Both the position numbers and the translations under genes were made by a program. A DNA stretch of 64,000 nt from the human T2T-CHM13v2.0 reference genome, Homo sapiens: NCBI RefSeq assembly GCF_009914755.1, contig NC_060930.1; one strand, given 5' to 3'. Below are positions 48,261 through 63,881 of this stretch, piece after piece. Each line of letters opens with the position of its first letter. Position 1 is the stretch's first letter. The notes under the pieces were generated by a model, which was given only the letters and a program-made list of their open reading frames with translations, had not been told where the DNA came from and did no database searches.

Positions 48261-48809
48261 CAGGAAGTGGGATGACTGAGAGGCCCAGGTAGGGAGCACA
48301 GCAATGGTGAAGCAGCTGGGAAAGAGGCATTGTCGGGGCAGATGCTGAGCCCTGAAGTGGCTCCCATCCTCACCTTCAAAATCTACATCACCCTCCTCCT
48401 TAGTAACATCACTCCTCAAGGCTTCCAAAATTGCAAGAAGGGAACAAGGATGATGTGACACAAATTGTCCTTGCTTTCTTGATTAGAAAATAGTGGTCCA
48501 TTTGCAAAGACTGTGTAGTAGAACTGTAAAAACACTAAAGCAATGTATTTGGAGATGTAACCAGAAAAACACTTCCATGCTAAATGTGAAAAGATAGAAG
48601 TGACCTAGAATTACTTGGCTGGCTAAACCTAATTATGGCACAATTAACGGATTCCTTGGCATTAAAGCGATTGTAGGGACCAAGGGACTGATTGCTAGAA
48701 AGCTGATAAGGTGTATTACCACTCCCCCTTCACATCTACTTCCTTCTAACTAAAAGTATACAGTTTGGGCCAAAACTGCTCCTGCTAGCGAAATATGAAA
48801 AGAAATTTC

Positions 48810-49695
<886 letters not shown>

Positions 49696-50739
49696 CAAAG
49701 ATACAAGGCAAGTTACTGTTGGTATCAATAGCAAGTTCCAAGTGTGGCAGCACAAGATTTCATTCAAAAAGCAGACCATAATAGTATACATTTGCTTTGC
49801 ACTGTGTGGACCTTCGAGCTTGAATAATCCCTAGTGGCTCCACTGCTCTAGAGTGAAGGCAGGAAAACAAAGGGGTTACACAGTCTGCTCTCTTGCCTCT
49901 GGCTGAGGGCCACATTCCTCGGGAGCAGTCAGGAGTTCAAGAGAAGGGGACAAGTGGAAGCTCACTGTGCTCCTAGCCCAGCCCTGCTAGTCTCATTCCC
50001 CAGCCATAGTATAGACCTTCTGCCCTGTGAAAGGCTCCAGGAATGGCAGCCCGGCTGTGCACTGCTCCGAGAGTGCACTCAGGACAATCCCATCAGGAGG
50101 TGATGAGGATCGTTTGTTTGACCATTCCCTAGTCAGGGATAATGGTTAGCACTGATAATGAGGTAACAGTTTGCTTCCTTCTGCTAATTAGGAGAGTCTG
50201 CCTTGGACTCTAGAAGCTGTGGAAACTGCCAAGTCATGCATTTAGACTGCTTTCAGTTTTTACAAGTGCTGAATGGGTCTTAAGACTTAGTAACTTACCT
50301 TTCAAAGAGTTAAGGAAGCATTTAATGCATTTGCTTATATACCACTTATTAACTACAGAGGCTGCCAGACTTCATCTTAAATGGTGTCAAAAGTATCATT
50401 GGTGTTGAAAGTCTTTATTGACACCTTGATAAAGTTCAGAGTTGTCACTGTGACGTTCATGACATTGGCATTTCGCTGGGCCAGGACTGATTGTTAGAAA
50501 GTTGATAGATGTTTATTACCACTCCCCCATCACACATACTTTCTTCTAAATAGGCCCAAACTGTCCCTGCTAGAGAAATATAAAAGGAAGTTTCCTCACT
50601 AAGAGCTATAAGCCAAAAGTAGCGCCTGCTAACGTTGTTATTGGTGTTCCTCAGAAGGTGAATTCTCTACCTGAATTCCACCTGGAGAATGGCCAAGTCC
50701 CTCAGGGCGGGTCTTTGACCTTCTTCCACTCTTCCTTTC

Positions 50740-51503
50740 TTTTTATTTTATTTTATTTTATTATTATTATACTTTAAGTTTTAGGGTACATGTGCACAAT
50801 GTGCAGGTTAGTTACATATGTATACAAGTGCCATGCTGGTGCGCTGCACCCATTAACTCGTCATTTAGCATTAGGTATATCTCCTAATGCTATCCCTCCC
50901 CGCTCCCCCCACCCCACAACAGTCCCCAGAGTGTGATGTTCCCCTTCCTGTGTCCATGTGTTCTCACTGTTCAATTCCCACCTATAAGTGAGAACATGCG
51001 GTGTTTGGTTTTTTGTCCTTGCAATAGTTTACTGAGAATAATGATTTCCAATTTCATCCATGTCCCTACAAAGGACATGAACTCATCATTTTTTATGGCT
51101 GCATGGTGTATATGTGCTCACCATCACTGGCCATCAGAGAAATGCAAATCAAAACCACAATGAGATACCATCTCACACCAGTTAGGATGGCAATCATCAA
51201 AAAGTCAGGAAACAACAGGTGCTGGAGAGGATGTGGAGAAATATGAACACTTTTACACTGCTGGTGGGACTGTAAACTAGTTCAACCATTGTGGAAGTCA
51301 GTGTGGCGATTCCTCAGGGATCTAGGACTAGAAATACCATTTGACCCAGCCATCCCATTACTGGGTATATACCCAAAGGACTATAAATCATGCTGCTATA
51401 AAGACACATGCACACGTATGTTTATTGTGGCACTATTCACAATAGCAAAGACTTGGAACCAACCCAAATGTCCAACAATGATAGACTGGATTAAGAAAAT
51501 GTG
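50740..51503 (-). mobile_element. Young L1PA (PA2-PA4-like), 5'-truncated and 5'-inverted (twin priming)
   Basis: Minus-strand 3'UTR 50740-51117, plus-strand ORF2 segment 51115-51503, TSD CCACTCTTCCTTTC at 50726-50739 and 51504-51517. Confidence 0.95.
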
Positions 51504-51539
51504 CCACTCTTCCTTTCATTCCTCCTGGTCATACTCATC

Positions 51540-52165
51540 GCTTCCAGAGGGCTCCAAATGGGATCTCACCTTCAAAGCTCACACATTTCCTTTTGTACTT
51601 GACACCTGCACTTGAATGGCTTGCAGCATCTGGAATCAGGCAGACTGTTGACTCCTGTTCCTCCTTCCTGCCCACCCCCAATAGTTCATCTCTTAGTCCT
51701 CCTGGCTCAGTGGATGGTTCCATCATCTAACCAGGCACTAAAGCCAGAAACCTGGCATTGATTCCTGGTTCCTCCCTCTCTCTCTCAGCCACTCTCAACC
51801 ACCCATGTTAGCCAGTCTTTCGATTTCTATTTCTAAGGTGTTTCGAGAATCTGCACACCCCTGTCATTCTTTCTGCTTCTCCAAGGGTCCAAGCCAGCAT
51901 CGTCCCCCAGTCAAGCTATGTCTACAGCGTCTGTATGGATCTGCGTTTTTCACATTGTCTGCTAAATATACTTGAATCCCCAGCCTCTTTCTTATTCCTC
52001 AAGTTTCACATTACATGCCATCCCCTTGGGAATCACTTTGTGTCCTCCCTCTTTGTACCATCCCTTCTTATTCTCTGTCACTTCATAGAGAATTAATTGT
52101 CCTCATAGGAGTGATTACAGTTTGTAATTCTATGCATACATACATTTGCTGCTTTGTTTAAATAC
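51540..52165. mobile_element. L2 fragment
   Basis: 'aagccagaaacctgg..gattcc..ctccctctc' L2 motifs. Confidence 0.55.
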
Positions 52166-52179
52166 ATAAGGAATAAGGT

Positions 52180-52635
52180 TATTGTTCCAAAGAGGAAAAT
52201 TGTTACCTTCAATCCTTTCCCTAAAATGTTACTAATCGGAGAAGATTAAAATTCATATCATAGAGGAAGAGAGTGAAAATTAAACACCACACCTAGAGCC
52301 CAGGCAAACTTTGTCATAAACCATTGTTTGTTCTCAGGTCCCATTCAATTCCCAAAGGGAATTATTGACTATCCATTATCTGATCATTGGGTCCATTCAT
52401 TCCCCCTGAAATTCATTACTCCTACACCTCCCATCTCCTCTTCCTCTATAAAGAAGGGTGTATAAGCATTTGGACCCCGTTGGGTTATTGAGTGATCATT
52501 CTCTTGCTATTGCCCCATGCTATGCATGTTAGAATAATTTTGTATGGCTTTTTCTCCTATTAATCTGTCTTTTGTGAATTCATTTTCAGTGAATCTTCAG
52601 AGAGTGAGGGAGGAAGCTTTCCCCCTTCACCCCTA
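52180..52635 (+). mobile_element. ERV1-type LTR fragment
   Basis: TATA 'gggtgtataagc' and 'ttttctcctattaatctgtcttttgt..ttttcagtgaatcttcagag' U5-like end. Confidence 0.6.
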
Positions 52636-54019
52636 TAGTATAAAAGTCACATCTGTCTTGTTCACTAATATATATATCAAAGGCTCAATAAAAGCCTTGT
52701 TGAATGACTTGTATATTTCCATCTTCCAGGAAGATTTTGAGAACTTTACCAAATGTAATTTGCATTATACATAGTATTTGGTGTTTTGCAAATTACAATT
52801 GTAACCTGAAAACTTGTTTTTTCCCAACTAATCATACCCACCAGAGATTTTTATTCCACTGTACCACCATTCTCTCCCTAAAACACCACAACTACCACTA
52901 CCACTACCACAACAACAACCACTGCAAAATCATTGCTATTGGCATTTCCTGAGCAGATGTCTAAAAAAAGAAAGTTGTTTAGTTCCACTAATATAAAACA
53001 GATCAACTTTAGGACTTGCGCTGCTTCTTCATGCTTTGTTCTTTTAGCTAATGTGTAATACTTACATAACCCAAGGGTCAGCTGAGCTCATCCTATTTAG
53101 AAAAAAATAAATAAACTAAAAATAAGATTTAAAAAAGGCTGAATCCTCAATCCTACATGCTTTGAGGAGGCCAATTCCCTCTCAAAGATTTGACAATCCC
53201 CACAGAACCTGTGTCTATGGAGCCACCTCTGGCTCTGAGGTTCATGCCCAAGGGACCCCCGATTTCCTCTATGTGTTTTCTTCTTCCACCTCACACCAAT
53301 TTATCTGTGGAAATCAACTTTGTTTCTGTTTGTTTCTTTGGTCTCTCACTTCCCAACTCCTCACACAGCATGTTAGCATTTGGGGCAGCCCTTCTTCCTT
53401 CTAAAGGTCTTTTGAGCCACTGTCATAGGCCTCCCTTTGGGATCCCCTCCCCAAACTCTGTTCCCCTCACTTGATCATGCTCAGCTCCTCTCCCCCAAAG
53501 ACTCATGCCTATGCTCTGAAAAAGAGTGGCCCATGGAATCCAGGGATATGGCAGCACAGGAAAATCGTCAGAGGTTTACAATTTTACACTGTCTTCTTCC
53601 CTCATCAGCCTGGTGAGGGGATGTGAGCAACAGGAAGTTTATTTTCCACAAATGATGCTACTTTGCTCAAAAGGCAAAAGTACCTATGGCCAGTTTTGTT
53701 TACACTTTTAAGTTCTTACTCATTGTATTAAACTCCAAATCTTTCTTGAAAGTATTGATATTTTAAACACGAAACAGAAATTTAAAAATATTGGTTTTGC
53801 TATTGTACTTACAGAAATGGTAATATGGCAAGAAATTCATCTCTAAGGATCTAAGTTTCCACTGTATCTAGACTTCACCTACTTTTGCTGAACCTGAACT
53901 TTCACTGCATTGAGAAAATGTCAAGTGTCTTTTCTCCTTTTTTAGAAGTTTTGTTTAAAAGTTCTGAACAGTTGACTTATTCCTGATTCCTCTGGTAATT
54001 AATCTCTATGGCCTTCTTC

Positions 54020-54580
54020 TCATTGAAAAAACTCTTAATTGTGAAATGCACTCAATGAAGAAGTGTATAAAACACAGATGAACAGCTTAACAAATAAGTA
54101 TTAAGCAAAACCTTATACAATTATCACTTAGGTTAAGAAATATACACATCCAACATTTCATAAACACCCATATGTCCTTCCCCAGTCACAACCTCTTCTA
54201 TTTCCAACAGAAGTAACTTCTATTTTGAATTTTATGAAAATTATTTCTTTGCTTTTCTTCTTAGTTGCATTACTCTTACACAAGTAAACATTCCTAAACA
54301 TTAAAATTATACTGTTTATATTCTTTTGACTTGCTGTTTTATATTTGTAAGGGTCAAATATAATGCAAAGCAGGTTAGGCATGTAACTGAGGCTTATTCA
54401 TTTTCACTATTGTATAGTATTCTGTTATATGACTATATCACAATTTATTCTACTGTTGATGAACATTTGGTCTATTTCTAGTTTAGGACTATTATCAACT
54501 ATTTCTGTAAACATTTTAATACTAGTCTTGTACATATGTGCATGGATTTTTCTGGCGTGTGCAAGCAATTGCAGAGTCAT
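54020..54580 (-). mobile_element. Old L1ME-like 3' fragment
   Basis: 'ttcattttcactattgtatagtattctgtt..ctactgttgatgaacatttgg'. Confidence 0.75.
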
Positions 54581-54589
54581 GGTGTGAAG

Positions 54590-55000
54590 GGCCTGATGAT
54601 GTACCACGCAGATCCCCCCTTGAGGAAGGGCTTGCTGTCTCTATTGCTGCGAGTACTGTCGGCCTCTTGCAGGAATGGCCTCTGCTGTAGATAGCTATCT
54701 CTCCCGAGATCCCACCCCTCCCAGGATGGCCCACATCTAATAACTGATTGCAGTGGTCGTATAAAGGTCCAGCCATTATGGCCTAATCTGAGACAACTCT
54801 GATGGACAATTTTAGTTTCAAAATAGCCCTTGCTGTGGTTGAGGCCGTCTCTCAGCTTGCATTGCAGCTTGGCTTCTTCTGCCCAATCTTGTTTCTTTCC
54901 TCTCCCTTCCATAGGTTTTGATCCCAAAGCTACTTCCTATAAACATTCCACACACGACTCAGTCTCTGAGTCAGCTTCTTGGAGAACCTAAGTAGAGACA
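54590..55000 (+). mobile_element. ERVL-class LTR (LTR16-like)
   Basis: Reverse-complement similarity to 24290-24670. Confidence 0.5.
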
Positions 55001-55044
55001 TGTAGGGTATACCTCTATCCAACTTTACTAGACAATACTGAGTT

Positions 55045-56170
55045 TTAAAATCTCGGATTGGTATTTTTCAACAATTTTGGAAAAATTTCAGCCATTGCCT
55101 TTTCAGATATTGCCTCTGGCCCATTTCCTCTCTCTCTTCTCCTTTCAGGACTCCAATTAATGGTTAGACCTTCTCACTGTATCCTCTGATGTCTTTTACA
55201 TTCTCACCTATGTTTTCTGTCTTTCTCTTTCCATGCTACATTTTGGATAGGTTAGAAGAAACTATCTTCCTATTGATTCATTTCCTCTTTAGCTGTGCCT
55301 ACACTGATGTTAAACCTATTAATTGAATGTTTAATTTAGTTTGTTTTCATTTTTGTTTCTAGAGGATCTTTTTAGTTCTTTTTTCCAAATTTGCTGTCAC
55401 TTTTTTCTGCCAAAGTCGTGTGTCTTGTATTTCTTTGGACATAGTGAGCATAGTTGTTTCATGATCTGTGGCTGATAACTCCAGTATCATAAGTCATTGT
55501 TGGTCTGTTTCTGATGCCCATAGTTTTTTAATGGTTCTTATTCATAACTTTGTGTTTTCCTAAATACATTGTTATTTTTCATTGTTTGCTAGTCATTCTT
55601 TTGGAAAAGTACTTATAAAAACTTTGTGAGGTCTAGGATATTAGTACTTATTTCCAGGGAAAATGCACTTTTGTGCTTACATGGTGTGACACTAATACTC
55701 TGGGATGACTTTAACCTAAGGTCAAACCCTGTGGTTCCCTGGATCACTCAGATGATATTATCTTAGGCTGCAAGCATATATCAGGGCTGGTTTATTTAAA
55801 ATCCCCCCTTACTATGAGACTGTAGACCTTCAGGGTCCCAGCTTAAAGTGTAGGGGGCTGTCAAGTCCCCATGGGTAGACCTGGGATTTTGGCTTTTGTC
55901 GTCATCCTTTATCTCAGATCAACCTCACAGCTGTTTCTTGGTAATTGGAAAATATATAATACTCTGGGCATTTGAATGCTGGTCTACCTCTGTGGTACTA
56001 ACCTTCAGCTAGATTTTGACCGTCATTTCCTACAATAACAGATGAGCATTCCAATGCATACAAGAAAATGTTTTAAAATATATCTTACAAAGGATTTCAG
56101 TTGTTTTGGTTTTCTAGCTTGTGGCGTTCATAAAAATTCTCTAATTAACCACTACTAAAAGTGAAAATCC
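55045..56170 (-). mobile_element. HAL1/old L1-like fragment
   Basis: 'ggaaaaatttcagccatt..ttcagatattgcctct' antisense ORF1-like; colinear with 60040-61140. Confidence 0.55.
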
Positions 56171-56252
56171 TTTAACAGATGCCACAACCACAAATTGCAG
56201 CAACTATAACCACAGCTGCATCAGCTAATCAGTGAGATCAAAATGGATTTAT

Positions 56253-56430
56253 GGTCAGGTGCAGTGGCTCATGCCTGTAATCCCAGCACTTTGGGAGGCT
56301 GAGGTGGGAGGATTGCTTGAGCCCAGGAGTTTGAGGCCCATGCAACATAATGAGACCAAGTCTCTAAAAAAAAACAAAAAAAAAAAAACAAAAAAAATTA
56401 ATGTTTAAAAAAAACCTCCTCCCAAAAAAA
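56253..56430 (+). mobile_element. Alu left monomer (FLAM-like)
   Basis: Monomer plus A-rich tail. Confidence 0.88.
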
Positions 56431-56469
56431 ACCCTTGAAGTGGATTTGTATCTACTAAAAGAAAAAAGT

Positions 56470-57676
56470 AACAAGTTATTTTCTTCCATCACACAGCTCA
56501 AGGCATGGGATACACATCATATCAAGCACATATAATTGGGTTTTGGGGAGGTTGTCAATGAGGAAGATATATAACAACATTATATTCAGTTTCCTAAAGA
56601 CACAGTTTAGGTAGTACAATAATGATTCAGGTAGGACACAAACACATGCACACACATACATTTTAATGGTTTAAAACATCTTAAATTTGTTATTTTAGGA
56701 AAGTGAGTGCTGAGCATTTTCAGCAATATCACAGCAGACTGATGATCTGTTCTTATCTAAGTAGGAGTTGCTTTCTGTGTGATATGGCTTCTCTACACCC
56801 ATTCCCATCAGGCTGCAAAATATTAGGGCAGGTTTGTTAAAGACTGAATTATTGTGTAAAAGAACCATCTACTCATTAGATCCCAACAATATTTTCAGTG
56901 TTTACTCCATGGGCAGCCTTCTCAGTGAAGCTTTCTTTATGCGATTCAAATTTCACTGAAAAAATTCCAACACATAACAATTCATTCTGATTTGATATAC
57001 TGAGGTTTACTTTCTGTACTGGCCTCATTTTGGTATATTTTGCCTCCTAAGTTCTAGGAATTGATAAAACTCAGCAACAACTGGAAGCCCAAGACCAGCC
57101 TAAGACAAGCAAGGAATATCTATTATTATTATTATATTTTTGCCATCCAAACATTTTCCCCTCAATAATTTTAACTGTTTGAAGACAGCATCTTAGAATT
57201 TTTTTCTGTTGAAATCTTTGTAGTTCAGAAGTATGTCTTTTCATGAGCTTAAGTGAAATGAAGAAACAGTATTCAGAAAAGCTGTGAAATTTTGGATATA
57301 TAACGAACAATTTTGAGAATATTGGAATGTAGTATCTGGGAATTTGACAATACAGTCTTCAGAACTCTTGTTTGTAGAGACTATCTTGAACTTCACAAAG
57401 TTATTTATTGGAAAATCTTCTTCTAAAATAACATAACTGGGTGTGCCCTTGGTGAAGCTTTTAGTGCACTAGACACATCATCCTTCTTATCTTCTGCCAT
57501 ATCTGTGGGCTCATTTTCTTTCTCCTCAGTTTTGGCATTTTTAGCTCCAGTGATTGACCCTTCTGTTGCATCTTCATCTTCTCTAAGATCTTCAACTACT
57601 GATAATGAGCTTGCAGAACTTTCTGAACAGGAGGGTAATGGGGAAAACAGAAGAAGTGGCAGAAGCAGGCAGACAT
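56470..57676 (-). pseudogene. SSR1P1: Processed pseudogene of SSR1 (signal sequence receptor alpha/TRAP-alpha), antisense in IYD intron 1; CDS-equivalent 57676->56869, then 3'UTR-like sequence (distal boundary approximate)
   Basis: Hand translation of the minus strand gives 'LLLPLLLF..LSVVEDLREDEDATEGSI..ENEPTDMAEDKKDDVS..ASP', 'EDFPINNFVKF..TNKSSEDCIV..YIQNFTAFLNTV', 'LNYKDFN..DAVF', 'AGLGL', 'RPVQKV', 'LNRIKKASLRRLP..GSNE*'. These are colinear with SSR1 (EDFPANNIVKF, YIQNFTALPLNTV, LNYKDLN, KASPRRLP, GSDE*), intronless, with frameshifts and stops. The symbol is from my recollection of a 6q25 SSR1 pseudogene. Confidence 0.92.
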
Positions 57677-57679
57677 AAT

Positions 57680-59560
57680 GAGAAATTTTATGTAATTAAA
57701 TGTAACAGTTCTTTTCTCATGTTTAATCTTTTTGTGTCTTATTTAAGAAATCCTTCTCCACTCCAAGGTCGTGAAGACATTCTCTTATATTCTCTTCTAA
57801 AAGCTTTAAAAATTAATCTTTCATATTTAGAATTGTGGTGAGAACATCCTATTTGTTCTCAATCACTGATGGAAGGGTTTCAAAGATACATCATTACCAT
57901 AGCTGGATGTGGTGGGGTTTTTCCCCCTATAGTTAGACTATCAGATTAAGAAAGTTCCTTTCTCCAAATTTACTAAGAGATAAATGTCAAGTTTTACTAA
58001 ACACCTTTTCTGCATTGTAATGATTTTTGTGGTTTACGTTCTTCAGCTTTTTAATGTGATAAAAAAAAAGATTGTTTTTCTAATGTTAAATTAACCTCAT
58101 ATTCCTGGGATAATTCTAACTTGGCCAAGATGTATTTTTTTTTTTATAAATTGCTGAATTCTGTTATTAATATTTTATTTAGGATTTTTGTACCATGTTT
58201 GTGAGGAAGTTGAGCCTGTAGTTTTTTGTTCTCTTAATGCCCTACTTATGTTTGGTATCAAGGTTGTGGTCATTCCACAAAATGAGTTGGAGGGTGTTTA
58301 CTCTTTTTCTATTGTATCTGGACCTAGAGTTGCTTTCTCTTTTAGGAAAATCTTTGCTTACTAATTCAGCTTATTTAATAGTCAGCAGACTTTTCAGTTT
58401 TTCTATTTTGAAGTTAGTTTTAGCAGGTTATATTTTTAAGAAATTTGTCTATTTTATATAAATTTTCTAATATATTGGTATAATAAATATTCTCATACTA
58501 TTTGTTGAATGACAGTAACATCTGTACTGATGCCTCCTTTTTCATTCCTGATATTTGTTACTTGTGCTTTCTCTTTTCCTTGATCAATCTTGACAGACGA
58601 TTGCCAATTTAATCAGTTTCTACAGAGAACTAGCTTTGGTTTTGATGTTTCTCCCTATTGCATGTTTGTTGTTGTTTTCCTTAATATGTCATATTTAATA
58701 TTTACTTTTTCTACTATCTTTGGTTTTATTTGGGTATTTTTTCTAACTTCTTGAAATTGATTTTTAATTCATTAATTTTTAGAGTTTGTTCCTATCTAAT
58801 GTATGTATGTGTAAGGCTTGGAATCTCCCTCTAAATATAATATGTTAATGTTATTGCATAGATTTTTCAATATGTAATAATTTCATATTTTAATTTTGAA
58901 ATATTTTCTAATTTTCTTTAAGGTATTTTGTTTGTTTTTTTCAGTTATCTTTTTGTTACTAGTTTAATTGCATTACAGTCAGAGATCATTATCTATTGGG
59001 CCATTAAAATGTGTTGAGAGTTATTTTCTGGTCCAATAAGTCTGCTTAAAAAAAAATGTGTTCTGTAGTTGTTTGGTGCAGTGTCCTATGTAAGCCTATT
59101 TGGTTATCTTTGTCAATTACCTTGTTAAAATCTTCTGTATCCTTACTGATTTTTTTCTTCTGCTTATTCTATCATTACCGAGAGAGATGCATTAAGATCT
59201 TTCACTGTGTTGCGGATTTTTACATTTCTTCTTAAAAGTCTGTCTTGAGGTCATGTAATGTAATTGCATACATATTTAAAGTTATGTTTTCCCAGTAAAT
59301 TAAATTGTATTATTATAAACTGACCCTTTTTATTATCAATAATGCTTTTGGCCTTAATTTTTTTTCAACTAGTATAGTTATGTGATGCATGGTATGACTT
59401 TCAACCTTTCTATATGCTTATGTTTTAGGTGTATCCCTTATAAACAACATACTTGGACTTAAAATAATCATTGGCCTTTATCGGGAACATTTAGTTCATT
59501 TCTATTCAATGCAACTATTCTTGCCATGGTTAAAAATTCAGTTATTTCTGTGTTCTTCCC
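57680..59560 (-). mobile_element. Old L1M ORF2 fragments
   Basis: T-rich antisense L1 motifs ('ttaggatttttgtac', 'tttggtatcaaggttg', 'ttcttctgtatccttactgatttt'). Confidence 0.75.
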
Positions 59561-59847
59561 GAGGTAAACTTTTTCTCTAGTTGCTTTCAATATTTTTATA
59601 TTTTATTGTAAAAACTATAGTTTTTAAAAATAACTCTTTGAGTTTACTAGGCCTCAGAGTAAAAATGTGCCATTTACGTAGCTTACCTGTAGGCAAGAAG
59701 CCTGAAATAACTTGTAGTTTTGCAACTAACGCAGCCCCTGATTTACTTTTATTGTTGTCAGGATCAATTATGAACCTGAAGTTTGGCACCTTCTTTATAA
59801 TCACATTTTTCCCCTTGTAGCAGCTGTGTTTAATGTCATTAAAAATA

Positions 59848-60015
59848 GTCAGGTGCAATGGTGCACACCTGTACTCCCAGCTACTCAGGAGGCTGAAGCT
59901 GGAGGATCCCTTGAGGCCAGGAGTTTGAGTCCAGCCTGGGCAACATAGCAAGACCCCATTTCTAATTTTAAAAGAAGAGAAAGAAAAAAGTTCTTGTAAA
60001 AAAAAAAAAAAAAAA
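59848..60015 (+). mobile_element. Alu monomer
   Basis: Monomer plus A-rich tail. Confidence 0.85.
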
Positions 60016-60039
60016 GAATTTACCAGCCCTCTTGAATCT

Positions 60040-61140
60040 GTAGATCTGGTATTTTTCATGAGTTCTGCAAAAATCTCAGATGCTATCTTTTCAAATATTG
60101 CCTCCACCATATACTCTTTGAATCAAATGATCAAATGTATATTAGACATTCTCACTCTTCACTCTGCTCTATTTTTTCTTGCCCTTTCCTCTATATTTTC
60201 TATCTTTTTGTCTCTCCTTGCCCAATTCTAAGTGTTTTCTTCTGACTTACCTCCCAGTTCATTAATTTTTCTGTAGCTAGTCTAACCTGCTAGTCAACCA
60301 TCCTTTTAAGTTCTTAATTCTATTATTTTTCAATTCCAGAAGTTCTCTATTTTTTCAGATTGTTTATATTAGCTTTTATTCTTTATTTTTGCTGTTGTTT
60401 TTATTTTTTCTTCTTTTTAATTTTTTTCCTTTTATTCTTTCCTGTACCCTACAGATTTATATAAGCTTGTCTTTTTTCTCTAAATACAGTAATCATAGTT
60501 GTTTTATCTTCTGGGTCTGATAATTCCAGTATTTGGAGTCTTTGGGCATCTGACTTTATTTTTTTAAAATTGATTCTGCTGTGTCTTGTCCAATATGTTT
60601 TCTTCTTTATGTGCCTGATTGCATTTGATGGGTTGCTGATGATTGTACTTAAAATTATTTGTATATTGGCATTTTCTTCTGCTAGACAACTGGGGTACTT
60701 TCAGGCAGGACAAGTTTATTCCAAGTTCAAGTTTGAGGCAAGACTCATCAAACTGATATAAACCGTTGAGGAATAATTTACTTATGATTGACACTTCCCC
60801 TAAGGATGTAGTTTTGGGGTCCTAGCTTATTAGACTTCACATTCTGTGTGGGCCTGGGCTTTGATATCTGTCACCCTTAATCCCTGAAGATATAAAAATG
60901 GAATTCAAATGTGTAGGGATTGGCAAATACAGTAGAGAAAAAAATGTACCTTCTGCACTTATCTACCTGTGTGAGTTCATATTTTCTCTTCACTTTGGCC
61001 TGCAAATTTCTTGCTATGTTGTAGGCTCAACGATTTTAAAAAAGACTTTGAAAAATACTTTATTTAGAGATCTGAGTGGTTTTCAACTGACAGGAGATTG
61101 TTTCAAATAACCTAGTCCATCATTAACAGAAATGTGAATT
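60040..61140 (-). mobile_element. HAL1/old L1-like fragment (second copy)
   Basis: Shares ordered motifs with 55045-56170 ('tcaaatattgcctc', 'ctgataattccagtat', 'ggtcc.agctta', 'cctggg.tttg'). Confidence 0.55.
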
Positions 61141-61184
61141 CCTCATCTTTTTTTGGTAAAATTTTTCTTTTTCTAGATTTATAG

Positions 61185-61719
<535 letters not shown>

Positions 61720-61812
61720 TAAGGATAGTCAAGATCAGTGGTAAGGATTCTGTAAATCTATTCTTTTTTCATTTTATAGTATTTTTTTGAGTTCATAACC
61801 TTACACATTTAA

Positions 61813-62091
<279 letters not shown>

Positions 62092-63497
62092 TAATTGCAG
62101 ATGGGGTCTTTGGAAATGTTAGTCACCTTACTGGTGTGACTCCAACAATGGAAAAATGTCAAAGTTTAAACATAGCGAATAAAGCCTAGAGTGATATGTT
62201 TATCTATAAAGTCTTACCCAAATGCTGAGTGAGTGCCAGAAACACAATGACTTCTACTTTCCACATTTTGACTATTACAAGCTTCTTGGAAGAAGATGTG
62301 ACAATAGTTCAAAACTTCTGAAATTATTCAGTTCATGATCTTTTAATTAAAAACCAAGATTTCTGATCACATCATTATATTAATATATTGGAGGAGATAC
62401 ACCTTCTTTCTTTCCCTCTCCTTAAAACACACCAGACATACACACACTCGCATACTCACAGTTATATTTGTTTTTTTTGGAAGCAAATTTCTTATATTAC
62501 ACACCATGATGCTGTAGTACAGTATTCTCATTAACTAGCAAAGTTTACTTATGTAAATTTGCACAGTAAAACAAAGCAAGAAAAAACCCATTTTTAATGT
62601 AAATTAATATTTCCACTGAGGAAAAAAAATCACAGCTACAGAAAATGGGGAGGAGAAATAAGAGAAAGCTCCCTACTTGAGAATCTCCTGTGATTGGAGT
62701 CTTATTCTTACATAAACCATATTTAAGTTTATTTGCAAAAATTATCACATGCCCGTTATTAATCTATTGTCCAATGTGAAAGGAAGCAAGAATAAAATAC
62801 TTTACTTCAGTTAGAAATACAAATACATTAGATTGTTGAGTCCTTAGCCTAACTAACAGCAGTTACTAAATTTAGCCTTTATCTGTATCTGTATTTGTAT
62901 ATGTATACGTACACATATGCTGTTAAGGTAAATTTGACACAACTAAAAACATTAGGGAAAAATTTATTTCTTATGTTTAGAGATACAAATATTTAGTAAA
63001 CAAATAAAATGGGTACAAAGTTAACTGGAATCACTCTGTGCAGAAATTTGGGCCTCATGTTTAGCCTTTGACTTGCATTTCCCAAGCCAGCTGTGACTTC
63101 TAGTGTTGGGAGTGGTGTGTGGCAAGCAAGAACCCCACCAAGAGTCTGCAGCCCTTCCTCCCTCCATAGGTGCTGCTTATTCCATTAAACTATCCAATGG
63201 GAAGGAAGGAACAGTTTCTTCTGAAATATCCCACCCATGAGTCACTGTGGTCTCCCCTTGGGAACAGTGGGCCATCTCTAGGGTTGAGGGACGACACCCA
63301 GATCAGAAGCTGGCCCCTACTCTCACCAGAATCCCACAGGAATTGAGGCTCCTTGGACAAAGATGATGCACTGCGAAGCTGTGCCCTGGGACACTGGAAC
63401 TGATCAAGGTGTGGGCTGAGAGTTCCCGAAGTCCCCCCGGGAGTAGAATGACACATGGCCGTGCGTATTGAGTACCCATGTCTAAGAGTTCTCCAAC

Positions 63498-63881
<384 letters not shown>

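Noticed and set aside
51289-51615. 108-aa ORF
   Set aside because: L1 ORF2 C-terminal fragment within the inverted L1
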